Source: Macrostomum hystrix
Lineage: Eukaryota; Animalia; Platyhelminthes
Direction of reading: 5' to 3'
Assembly: GCA_950097015.1 (NCBI GenBank)
Contig: CATNEN010000034.1
Location: forward strand, 1,550,001-1,614,000
DNA: 64,000 nucleotides
In this document: positions 25,401 to 37,071 of the stretch, in pieces
Numbering within the stretch: the first letter of the stretch is position 1
How the letters are laid out: every line of letters begins with the position of its first letter
Program-made: the position numbers and the translations under genes
Notes under the pieces: generated by a model
The model's database searches: none
What the model saw: only the letters and a program-made list of their open reading frames with translations
What the model was told of the DNA's origin: nothing

Positions 25401-25994
25401 ATATTTTTTCAGAATAATATTATTGCTAAAAATTATATAATTATTAATGGTGCACTTATATATTCATCTAAGCTCTATATGATTGTTGCTAAGCTCCGCT
25501 TATCTGTTATCACTCAGCTTAAATCTGTGAATCTATTAATGTTGCTCATCTCCAATGAGCTAATCCCATGGTGCTACATGTTTGAAATATTTTCTTCATT
25601 AGATAGATCACGATTACGTTATCGTGTTGACATTATTGTATAGTCTCTAAGCAATTACTTTTACGAGATGAGAGTCTAGCAGTATGAATTAACGCAATAA
25701 AAAATTCCATTTAGAAGTAAATGCATCTAGTATCCAGTGGGATTTCCCTGGGAATTTCTATCTACGGTTTCAAAGATAACTGACTGAAGCAAATACCTTT
25801 TCGCTATCCCAACGGCAATCGACGCACCAGACGGCGCCATTGTGGCCAACAAGGCTGCCGAGGCGTTCGCCGTTCAAAGCGAACCAAATCGACGGGTGGG
25901 GATCTTTGGCGCAGGTGAAGATCAGATCACCGTCGCGATTAAAGCGAACCTGGGTAATGGAACGCATGTGTCCCAGTAGACATATTGGCTTCAT
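22410..25994 (-). CDS. EIF3I: Eukaryotic translation initiation factor 3 subunit I (WD40), 321 aa
   Basis: Exons 25797-25994, 24153-24482 and 22410-22847, all phase 0. N-terminus [24 protein letters not shown]; ERPVNSA; GGGQEA; [12 protein letters not shown]; C-terminus YFDFEFE. Confidence 0.97.
22985..24090. repeat. Minisatellite, 20 bp monomers forming a 40 bp dimer (TCCCAATCCTACAGTGATGA / TCCCAATTCTACATTAATTA)
   Basis: Fills eIF3i intron 2; two monomer types alternate. Confidence 0.94.
24540..24649 (-). pseudogene. Decayed duplicate of the eIF3i exon 1 3' end plus the start of intron 1
   Basis: About 105 bp similar to 25728-25830 (WCVDCR codons retained); the donor GTATTT has become GAATTT. 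Confidence 0.85.
24655..25390. repeat. Minisatellite, 21 bp unit (GCATTAGATTCTTGCTAAACT)
   Basis: Inside eIF3i intron 1. Confidence 0.95.
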
Positions 25995-28900
25995 GATTCT
26001 ATTGCTATATGGCTGTTAGGAGCTACGGACTATTAATTGGCTAGCGTTGTCTGACTGAGTAGAGATTGCTGCCGACTGAAATGATTGTACACAAGTTTTT
26101 GAGAATACCATAGTTGCCTTGTGAGAACTTTGGTGTTGTTAGCATTAGGACTAAGTGGATATAAGTAAAGCACTTGAAGCCATATATTACTACTTCATAA
26201 AAGTAAAACTTGGTGCAAAAGTAAAAGTAAAAATGAACATGAAACAGTATGGTATAAAAACGCATTTATATAAGCAACTTTTAAAAGGTAGAAAACAACT
26301 GTTAGCTAAAATGTCTGACAGACTTAAAAAATATTTAATACAATAGTTGCACAAGCTCTAGTTGCTCAAGGTTTTCTTGAATATTTACTGTCAATGGTTG
26401 CATTTTTACTAAATACTAAGGCACTGACATATTCACAATCTAGAGAGATGGAGGCAGGTTTCTAAACACTCAGAACCACATGCAACACTACAGCAATTCA
26501 CTGAGCTATATAATTACATTGACCAAACATGATGATTGCACTCAGTCTGGTCTGTAGAATTGATTTGGCATACAAGCCAACAGGTTTGACAATAAAAAAT
26601 ACTGTTAGCCAATTATAGCAACACTGCTGAGGACTGGCACTTATGGCCGACATGAGCATGCTAGCATTTGCATGAAAAATGTAGTGCTCATTGGCATTCT
26701 GACTGATCTGAATATATATATATATATATATATTGGACTTGCACATTTATCTTTTAGCACCTCTTCTTGTGTATGCACCAACCAAGCCCTAATATGTAAC
26801 ATTGTGTTATAAGTTGCTTAGGCCACCTGTGTAGCTAACAATATCTTTATCCGTTATCTATGTTTTCTATGCTCTGGTTAGACATTCAGTTTAAGATGTT
26901 TTGATGGACTGAATTTGTTCTTATGTATTTTGAAAACAATGATGCTTTTTTGTATTGCTAGGCATGTATTTTTGTATATTTATTATTTAGAATGTATATT
27001 AGTAAATGTGTATTTAATAGAGATGAAACAAATACAAGATTTTTCTGAATCCAAACAACAAATATTTGGACTCACCTTTTTACCAAATACTGAATATGAA
27101 TACTGAATAGATAAAGAGTAGATATAGTAAAGGCCTGAGAATGAAATGCTCTAATTATTTTCTCACTAACAATATTTATAACTCCTGCAATAGATGCCCC
27201 ACTGAGAGCATATTTTGCTAGCAGCCAATTAGAGTTGGGGTGGGATGGAACAGAGCAGACACCTACGATGACATTGTCATTACAGGACATAGTTTTAGCA
27301 CCTTCAGTATTCTGTCATCAGAAGGCAAAGGCAAAACTAGCACATTGCTGGTATGAACTGCTAAGCACAAAATTGCTGCAGCAAGAACACTTTCCACAAT
27401 GACACATTGCTCTGTAAATAATAACTAGCATTCTAGGCCGGTTTGCTAATTGCATCAGTGCATTAATAAAATCACACCTCAAAGAGGACATGAATGTTAG
27501 CAGTGTCTGAAGTTATAACAAAACTGATGTAGAATTAGCATATTGCATTTACAATACAGGACTTAATATTCGAAAATACTTATAATATTGTCCAGCATGC
27601 AACATTTTGTAATGCTATTAGAATAAAATTTTACACCAATTTTTATTCAGTATTCAGAAAGGCACAAAAACAAATCCATGAACAAAAGGAATACCATGAA
27701 AAAAGGCAAATTTCCTAATATGAAATCCAAATACCAAATATTCATTTATCTCTAGTATTTAGTTGCCTGATTTATAGAGAAACTAAGAATTAGTTTCCTG
27801 ACAAGACCTCAGAAATATATGGTTAACATATATTTATAATGCTATCTCCTAGCCTACAAATTAATTAATTAATTTTTTTTGCAAATCTTTTAATTGCAGT
27901 TCTAGCTTCAGGCTCTGAATTTTCATGATTGCCACTGATGTCCTATTTGATCAAATAAACAATCCTTAAAGAAAACTTTAAATTATTATATTGCTTGCTT
28001 CTCTATTTAACTCTTATTTAAGGAATACATAGTCTATATGATTGTTACTCAAGAAAGCATATAGTACATATTGATGCAAATTTTAATAGTAAAATTCTCT
28101 GCCCTTGAGATTCATTAGTAATAACAGCCAAAACCCCTATTGGAATAACTGCATGGATGGCAGACGACCATAAAATGTGTTACATTGGTTATATTTAGTA
28201 TATAATTATAGGGCCTATATTTAGCATTTTTCTATAAACATCTGCCACAGAAAGCATAAAGCTTATTAAACATAAGCCAGGCATCTGAAATTGTATTCCA
28301 AAAGGGGCCAAAACTTGATACTATAATTGATAGCCACCATATCCCTAAGTTCTAGAGTTATATACTACAATTATGTTGTTTCAATTATTATGCTAAGATG
28401 CTAAAGATGCTAAAATCATTTTTAGGTACATGAGAGCCAAGTGTATACTGTTGCACCTTATGGCCATTGTAGCAATGATGAAATAGAAATATGCAAATCT
28501 ATAATAGAAAATTTATTATATTTTTTAGTTTTAATAGTCACTTCCCTTTCTTAACAAGAATAAACTACATGTGAATATGATTGACAGACAAAACAGCTTG
28601 ATAATATTTTAGCTGCTAAACTGATAGCATATAAAATGACTATTAATCTTCATATAAGCCCTACTCTAGGAGGTCAATATAGGTCTATAGGCTGGACCAA
28701 ACTTCATAGCTTGCTATCATCCCTTAAAAATAAAGACAATAGCTAATAAAGTAACACAAAAATTGCAACAGTATATCTATGGGTCCATGGAAACACTGAA
28801 ATGGACCACAACAGACTGCAAAAAGCCACAACAGGACTGCCATGGACTACAGTGGGGCCAAGGAAGTAGTTTAAACATAAAGAATTTGAAGAATCAAGAT

Positions 28901-29479
28901 GAACCAAGGGTCAAGGCAGATTTGTTGTTCTTGCACAGTGAAATAACTGACAGATAGTTTCATAGTACTTAGATAAGGATAATGATGGTGTTTCTACTCA
29001 TTCATTTGTACATGCACATGATTCGCATTACCAAATAGTAATTGACTATGTACTATGCTGCAGTGCTGGGTGAAGAGTAGTGTATAAAATGGATAGTAAC
29101 TAATTGGTAATTATTTAGGCTTAGCTTTAACTCTTTATTGTAAAGAATTTTAATTGATTTAAGAGCAACACGAAGAGCATAAAACAGTATAATACATTAG
29201 CAATTATTTACTTGCCCCATATTACCTTTCCATCGTTATAACTTATAACTGAGGTTAGACACTTAAAGCGTGTGCATGCTTTCTTAGAACTTTGTTTGAA
29301 ATAAAACTATAACAAAACAACGTTTCTGTATGTTATCAGTAACTCGTTTTACTGAGTTTTTAGTGACATCTAAATAATAAATTACCATTAATGATATTTT
29401 GCTTCTGCTTATAATTACTAAACATTCGAATTAGCCAGAAGTTTTTTAATGTACTTCTCGGAATCAGATTTTATAGGAT

Positions 29480-30022
29480 CTAGATGAGAAAGCTAGGACC
29501 ATCAAGAGATGAGACAATAAGAGATGGGACACTGGAGAAATAATGTAGGTAGAGATAAGAGATAAGCCATTCGATAGAAAAGATGAGATGGGATTGAAAG
29601 AATAGATACTGGAAGTACGTCGATCGACACAGGTAAAACATGCGCCAATGGGAGAGAGAGGAGACTGTGTGAGAGGTGTTAGAATGGGCAAGGCGTGCTA
29701 GGTCGCTACGAACCTGGATTCCGGTTCTGTGCCAGCCCGATAGCATCTCACGTACACTGATCCTCCAATTCATTCAGGCGAATTCTTCCAAAGTCAACGC
29801 TAAAATACGGACAGGCGGACAACCCTGAGCGGCCAATTGCCATCGCCTGTCCGTGGGCCTACAGGGGTTAGCGGAATGGTCGATCTTTGCCCATGACAAA
29901 GATAAAGACGATCTTTGCCGATGACTATCCATCTCCCTGTCCAACAAAGACGATGCACGCTGCAGCAAAGTCATGAAAGTTGGAAGATTTAGAAAGGCAT
30001 GCAAATTCAGAAAGTTTACCAA
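29480..30022 (-). pseudogene. Decayed coding remnant, probably transposon-derived
   Basis: ORFs 29774-30022 and 29480-29773 are in the same frame, separated by one stop (EEFA*MNWRIS), forming a GC-richer island. Family not recognised. Confidence 0.3.
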
Positions 30023-31214
30023 TACAATACAAAGACTAAATATTATTTACTTTACCCCCTATACTAGTTTCCAAATCCCAGATTTTGCACATTTTAATTT
30101 ATTATTTAAATGCTTGACAAGTGACTGTCACCAAGGTGATGACGGAAAAGTAAAAGAGGCAGAAAAAAAGCAAAGGAACACGGTACACAACATTTTTTGC
30201 TTGGCAATTTGATGTACAAAAGCCAAGTGCTTTCTTCCTTATTTGTCTCGCAGCTTAAACTAGATTGTTATTCAAATTTATTTTAAAGATATTAAACAAT
30301 AATTAAATAAAATAATAACTAAATTAATAATTAAAGATATTAGACGAAAGTAAAGCGTCTGATTAAAAGGGCAACTTGGTTTAATACAAACGGTCTATTG
30401 CTAAAAGATTAAGTAGCTTTTAAAAGCCTTGATGTACTAACAGAAAATTCTCGCGGTGGTTCATTATTGATTACTCAGGACTAATTATTTAGATAGCGAA
30501 TAATATATAAGTAAAATAGTATGCCGTGTACGCGTCATGGGCTTGTGTCGGGCAAATGTCATTAACTATACGGTCATTGCACCGAATTGAATTGGTGATT
30601 CAGTTAACGCATTTCATGAATATGATTGCGTCGGCTTTTACGCAAGCACAACTGGCAATCCAATTTTCGCTGTCGATGTGAGCCGATTTAAGATAAAATT
30701 GCAATTCGACTACTGCAAGTAGTCATACGCACACTGTGGCGAACATTTTCTGATGTTCTGAAGCAAAAAAAATTAATGTATGCTCGCTTAGTAAAACTGT
30801 ATCAGAGAAGTTTCGCACCCAGGTAGGCATGGATTTTATGTTTAGCTGCGAAGCGAAGCCATTTCTAATAAAGACAACAAACAATAAGCATGTGATATTT
30901 TAAGTAGCAATATTATATAATCTTAATATAGGAAACTTGAATGCCAATACAGAAGCATAGGTGAATTATTGCACAGTCCACATAGAAACTAAAGGCAAAA
31001 GGTATATTCGTTGTGAATGCGATCAGTGCCAGTTATGAGAATTACGGGCTGCTAAAACTTTATAAGTGTGTAGAACACGACATTAAAAAACAAACTAACA
31101 AAATAGCAATTATGGAGGGTGTTGCTTAAATTAATCAATGATGGCCAACTCTAGGACAAACAGGAAAATCTTTTCTACGAATCTAGGCCATCATCCTTAT
31201 CTAATAGGTAATCG

Positions 31215-31778
31215 GCAGGTAAATCATTCTGTCAAACAGGTTTATCATTCTGTCTAACAGGTAATCATTCTGTCTAACAGGTAATCATTCTGTCTAACAG
31301 GTAATCATTCTGTCTAACAGGCGATCAACCTGTCTAACAGCTAATCATTCTGTCTAACAGGTAATCATTCCGTCGAACAGGTTTATCATTCTGTCTAACA
31401 GGTAATCATTCTGTCTAACAGGTAATCATTCTGTCTAAAAGGCGATCATCCTGTCTAACAGGTAATCATCCTGTCTAACAGGTTTATCATTCTGTCTAAC
31501 AGGTAATCATTCTGTCTAAAAGGTTTATCATTCTGTCTAACAGGTAATCATCCTGTCTAACAGGTAATCATTCTGTCTAACAGGTAATCATTCTGTCTAA
31601 CAGGTAATCATTCTGTCTAAAAGGCGATCATCCTGTCTAACAGGTAATCATCCTGTCTAACAGGTAATCATCCTGTCTAACAGGTAATCATCCTGTCTAA
31701 CAGGTAATCATTCTGTCTAACAGGTAATCATCCTGTCTAACAGGTAATCATTCTGTCTAACAGGTAATCATTCTGTCA
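31215..31778. repeat. Minisatellite, 20 bp unit (TCTGTCTAACAGGTAATCAT)
   Basis: About 28 copies. Confidence 0.95.
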
Positions 31779-32992
31779 TAGATTATAACAGTATGCATGA
31801 AACTTCTGCTCTGATTTAAATAAGTCATCACAAAGTTTGCAAACCGCACAAAAAACGACTGAAGCTAAGGAAAATGCTGGCCGATTACAGCGAACAGAAG
31901 AAGCAATAAGTTTAAATTTACAGAGACAAAGCAAACAAACAGGTGGGAGACGTACAGTATAGCAAGAACTAGAAGGTTAGCTATAGTAGGCATAGTTAAA
32001 TATGATGATAAGCAAAAGGGCAGTCCTTCTTATAGAAGCAAAATAAAAACAAGGATCTAGACCAGATAGGAACAGACGGATAGAGTTCTATGGTACATAT
32101 TATGCTGAGATTTTCATGCCGGTTTTTCTACAGCTGCGATATAGCAAACTTAGCAGATTTGCTATCAAATAAAAAGCATGAAATTGGTGATGTAAAACAA
32201 AGTTAAAAAATATAGGTGCAAGTGTGTTGGGGCAAGAAGAGAAGGTTATAGAGAAGGTCACTGAATTCTGCGGCTCAGTTGCGCGTGTCCAATTAATGAT
32301 ATCAGAGTGAAGGAGAAAATGCAGCACAAATTGCGTTATAACTGGATAAACAAATAGTCACGAACTAATATTAATATGAGAAACAAAAAACAATAATAAA
32401 GCGACTAGAATGAAGCGACAACAAAAACAATTCTAAGCAGTTTTTTAACTTTTCCAAATTGCAAATTGGTGGTGACTGCTGACTGTTATTTGTTCAAAAC
32501 AAATATAAGAAACTTCTAATTAAAACAAAATCTCATCGCGGAAGCTGCACTTTCCTAGAAAAGCTATATCGAATGGATGATAATCTTATGATAAGATTAC
32601 AAATCGAATGAAGAGATTAAATCAAGGATTGCTAATCTATTCATCTACTAAACGATATTTTAGTAGGCCTATTGTTAGGACTTAATCAGTGAACGTAACT
32701 CTAGAGGCGTCGTTGAGTCACGCGAATAAATAAATTAGACTAGATTAACAATCCAATAAATCGATGAAAAAAATCGTGTAGGAAACTCGAAATTCCTACA
32801 GGGAATCTGCAGGCTATTGCTAGGCGAATCAGTTAAAAAAACTAAACTTGTTTTTGCAACACGAATATTAGAAGGTTCAACAAAAACAGGCGGACAGACA
32901 TGTACTGTCACTGATGTCACTGACAGACTAGTTAGCAACCAGAAATGCTGCACAATGCCCAAAAGCTGAGGCTAATGAGTTGGCAAGGCGTC

Positions 32993-33127
32993 CGAATCTG
33001 GAATCTTCCGAATCTGGAATCTTCTTAATCTGGAATCTTCCGAATCTGGAATCTTCTTAATCTGGAATCTTCCGAATCTGGAATCTTCCGAATCTGGAAT
33101 CTTCCGAATCTGGAATCTTCCGAATCT
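32993..33127. repeat. Short minisatellite, 16 bp unit (CCGAATCTGGAATCTT)
   Basis: About 8 copies downstream of the endophilin stop codon. Confidence 0.92.
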
Positions 33128-33340
33128 TTTCGCTCACAGTTCTCGCACAGTGACAGGGGAAATATATAAATAAGACGGGATGTGTCGAAAAATATAATCA
33201 GCTAAATATAACTGAAGAATAATGAAGTAACACAACGTAATTTTCACAACTCTAGACTACACAAAAGAAAAGTATTATAAGAGATTAGGACAGAGAGGTC
33301 AACTGGTGCAGGAGAAACCGCGAGAGACCAGTCGCAATGC

Positions 33341-36300
33341 TCATGGCAGCGGCACCAAGATCTCGACGTAGTTGACAGGGAAGTAGCCCCTGCGGCCTCG
33401 CAGCTCGCCCTCGTACCAGTTCTCGTCCACCTGGGCCAGGAGGGTGATTGTGTCGCCTTCTTCGAATGGCAGCTCGGTGCTGTTCTCGGCGGCGAAAGTG
33501 TACAGAGCCCGACAGCTCGCCGTAGCGGAGCCGCCTCCGCCGCCGCCGCCATTTCCACTTGACTCTGCGAGATGGAGATGGCAGATGGCAGATGGAGATG
33601 GCAGATGGCAGATGGAGATGGCAGATGGCAGATGGAGATGGCAGATGGATATGGCAGATGGATATGGCAGATGGATATGGCAGATGGAGATGAAAGATAG
33701 AGATGGCAGATGGAGATGGCAGATGGAGATAGCAGATGGCAGATGGATAAGGCAGATGGATATGGCAGATGGAGATGGCAGATGGATATGGCAGATGGAG
33801 ATGGCAGATGGATATGGCAGATGGATATGGCAGATGGAGATGGCAGATGGAGATGGCAGATGGAGATGGCAGATGGATATGGCAGATGGAGATGGCAGAT
33901 GGAGATGGCAGATGGAGATGGCAGATGGATATGGCAGATGGAGATGGCAGATGGAGATGGCAGATGGATATGGCAGATGGATATGGCAGATGGAGATGGC
34001 AGATGGAGATGGCAGATGGATATGGCAGATGGATATGGCAGATGGATATGGCAGATGGATATGGCAGATGGAGATGGCAGATGGAGATGGCAGATGGCAG
34101 ATGGATAAGGCAGATGGATATGGCAGATGGAGATGGCAGATGGAGATGGCAGATGGAGATGGCAGATGGAGATGGAGATGGCAGATGGAGATGGCAGATA
34201 GGAGATTAGAGAATGTGGTGGGATATAACAGGTGCTAGCTAGAAGTACATAGGGATACAAATAGGAGGGAAAAGTTTCGGAATATTTTTAGTGAAATGGA
34301 TAAAACATGGATAAAGAAACAAGAGGTAAAGTGAAAGAAAATAATGATCCATAAATTACAAGTCTACTGTGTGGTGTCCCATGATAAGCATATCATAATT
34401 GGTGCCTTGCTCCGAACAGTGCAGGTGATAAAACAGGTGCGTCCAACTTGTTGAGAATGTCAACTTAGAACAAAAATAGATGCCCTGACCCCAGTTGGTG
34501 GCCTGATTGAGAAAAAAATTATCATTCAAATTTGTGCATAAATCTACTGCAACCACTGCGCTACGATTCACTAATTACGCTGCATGCGATGGCAAAAGTA
34601 TTTTTAAGTCTATTATTTTAAGCCTAATAAAGATTCCTAAGCTCAGCGAATGTGCCTACTACTAGTAGCATGAAGTGCACGCATGTTTTTGTAGATTCAA
34701 AGTTTATAAACTATAGGGAACTGTTGAGTAAGATGGATAACCAAGTACTTAAAGCAAATAGTGCTCATGAAGTGAGAGATTAACGAAACAAAAAACTGAT
34801 GCTGATGGAAGGCAAAGCTGTAAGTCTGGGCTGGCTGAATAATCCGATGGGTTAGAAGTGGGAAGGTAAGATAGAGTCTGCGGCAAGGGTGCCATTTACC
34901 CTGGCTGGCCTCGAATTCGTCAGCATTGCCGCCATTAGATTTCCAATTTTCTATGCGGAGAGGGCGGCAGGCGATTGGTTGCGCTAGTAGTATGAGTAGC
35001 GTTTTTGCAGCTTGAACGTGCAAAACTGATTTTTTTATTACAATTTTTTTATTTACTTAGAACTAAGTAAAAATAGAATCGAAGATAACATAGGAAACAC
35101 AAGGAAACAAAATAAATATATGAATAAATAAATATATATATATATATCATAATAGAGAAACAGGCGACTTAGTAGAAAAAAATGCGGGTTAAGACAAGTG
35201 AAAAATTACAGTTAAGACAGGCGAATAATTACAGGTGAAACAGTTGGAGAATTACAGGTTAAAATGCGAATAATTACAGGTGAAACAGTTGGAGAATTAC
35301 AGGTTAAAATGCGAATAATTACAGGTGAGACAGGTGAAGAATCACAGGTGAGACAGGCGAATAATTACAGGTGAGACATGCTAACAATTTCACGTGAGAC
35401 ATGTGAAGAATCTCAGGTGAGACAGGCAAAGAATCTCAGGTGAGACAGGCAAAGAATTTCAGGTGAGACAGGCGAATAATTACAGGTGAGACAGGCGAAT
35501 AATTACAGGTGAGACAGGTGGAGAACAACAGGAAAGACAGGTGGAGAACAGGTTGAGAGACAGGCAGAGAGTTGCAGGAAAGACAAATGCGAGACATAAG
35601 TGCGAATGAGAATATGCTGGAAGTTTTTAGACGAATTGAAGCAGGTCTTTAGTGGCGCCGGACTCACTTTGCGGAGTGGTGGGGCCCTGCTGGTGATGGT
35701 TCTCCTGATTGTCTGAACGCCAAGAGTTGGTCGACTGCTGCTGCTGATGCTGATGCTGATGCTGCTGCTGATGATCTCGGCTAAGGCTGGAGCTGTTTCC
35801 AGAGCCCGTAGGCTTGGACGGCACGTACTCAGTCTTGGGCCTTTCGGCTGCTTCCCTACGCCTGCGGACAGAGATTAGTTGCTGGGAGATGCAGGAGAAA
35901 AAACTAGTCTCACTTGTTTCATTCTACTCTATTTGTTACTCTCTCTTCTACTCTCTTCTATTCTACCATTTCCTACTCACTCTATTCTACTCTCTCCATT
36001 CTACTCTCTCCGTTTTACTCTCTCTTTTCTACTCTTTCTATTCTACTCTCTCCATTCTACTCTCTCCATTCTACTCTCTCCATTCTACTCTCTCCATTCT
36101 ACTCTCTCCATTCTACTCTCTCCATTCTACTCTCTCCATTCTACTCTCTCCATTTTACTCTCTCCATTCTACTCTCTCCATTCTACTCTCTCCATTCTAC
36201 TCTCTCCATTCTACTCTCTCCATTCTACTCTCTCCGTTTTACTCTCTCCATTCTACTCTCTCCGTTTTACTCTCTCTTTTCTACTCTTTCTATTCTACTC

Positions 36301-36958
36301 TCTCCATTCTACTCTCTCCGTTTTACTCTCTCCATTCTACTCTCTCCATTCTACTCTCTCCATTCTACTCTCTCCGTTTTACTCTCTCTTTTCTGCGAGT
36401 GTCTGCACACTGAGACAGAGACGGACTGTGACCAACAAGAGGACGGATTGACAAGGCTGCGAGCAGTTTTGGGATTTTGTGAAAATGGGTTGGGGCCTCA
36501 ACTTGCTTGCGAGGAGAAGAAGGAGACGAGATTTCTCTTCCCTTTCAATCGCTCATCCGAAATCACGCCAGCCGGCCTAACGACACACGCAGTGCTGTCT
36601 CCCTGATGCCGTTTCTCCCTGCTTAACTCCCCCAAACAGATCCCCAGACGGCGTCCTAATTTGGAATCCGGGCGAAACGCGGGGGATGGACGAGAAAATA
36701 AGAGCGGATGAGAATGGGATAACGGGAGACGTTAGTTATGTAGTTCCATATTTATTTTAATTTCAAATCAAAGCCGGGACCCGAATGCACTTTTTGAGTC
36801 TGAGAGTGAGGATCCAAGAGACAAACAAGCAAACAAACAAACAAACAAACAAACAAACAAACAAACAAACAAACAAACAAACAAACAAACAAACAAACAA
36901 ACAAACAAACAAACAAACAAACAAACAAACAAACAAACAAACAGACTAAAAACAGAGC

Positions 36959-36991
<33 letters not shown>

Positions 36992-37000
36992 TACTTACTT

Positions 37001-37039
<39 letters not shown>

Positions 37040-37040
37040 C

Positions 37041-37071
<31 letters not shown>

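Noticed and set aside
26498-28957. Short ORFs or exon-like stretches at 26498-26746, about 27290-27415 and 28763-28957
   Set aside because: No recognisable domains and no phase-consistent chain could be built; a weakly conserved gene here cannot be excluded.
32060-34600. LINE 3'-end-like fragments (LHFLLH near 32300; HLFYHLHC near 34420)
   Set aside because: Too short and degenerate to call from sequence alone.
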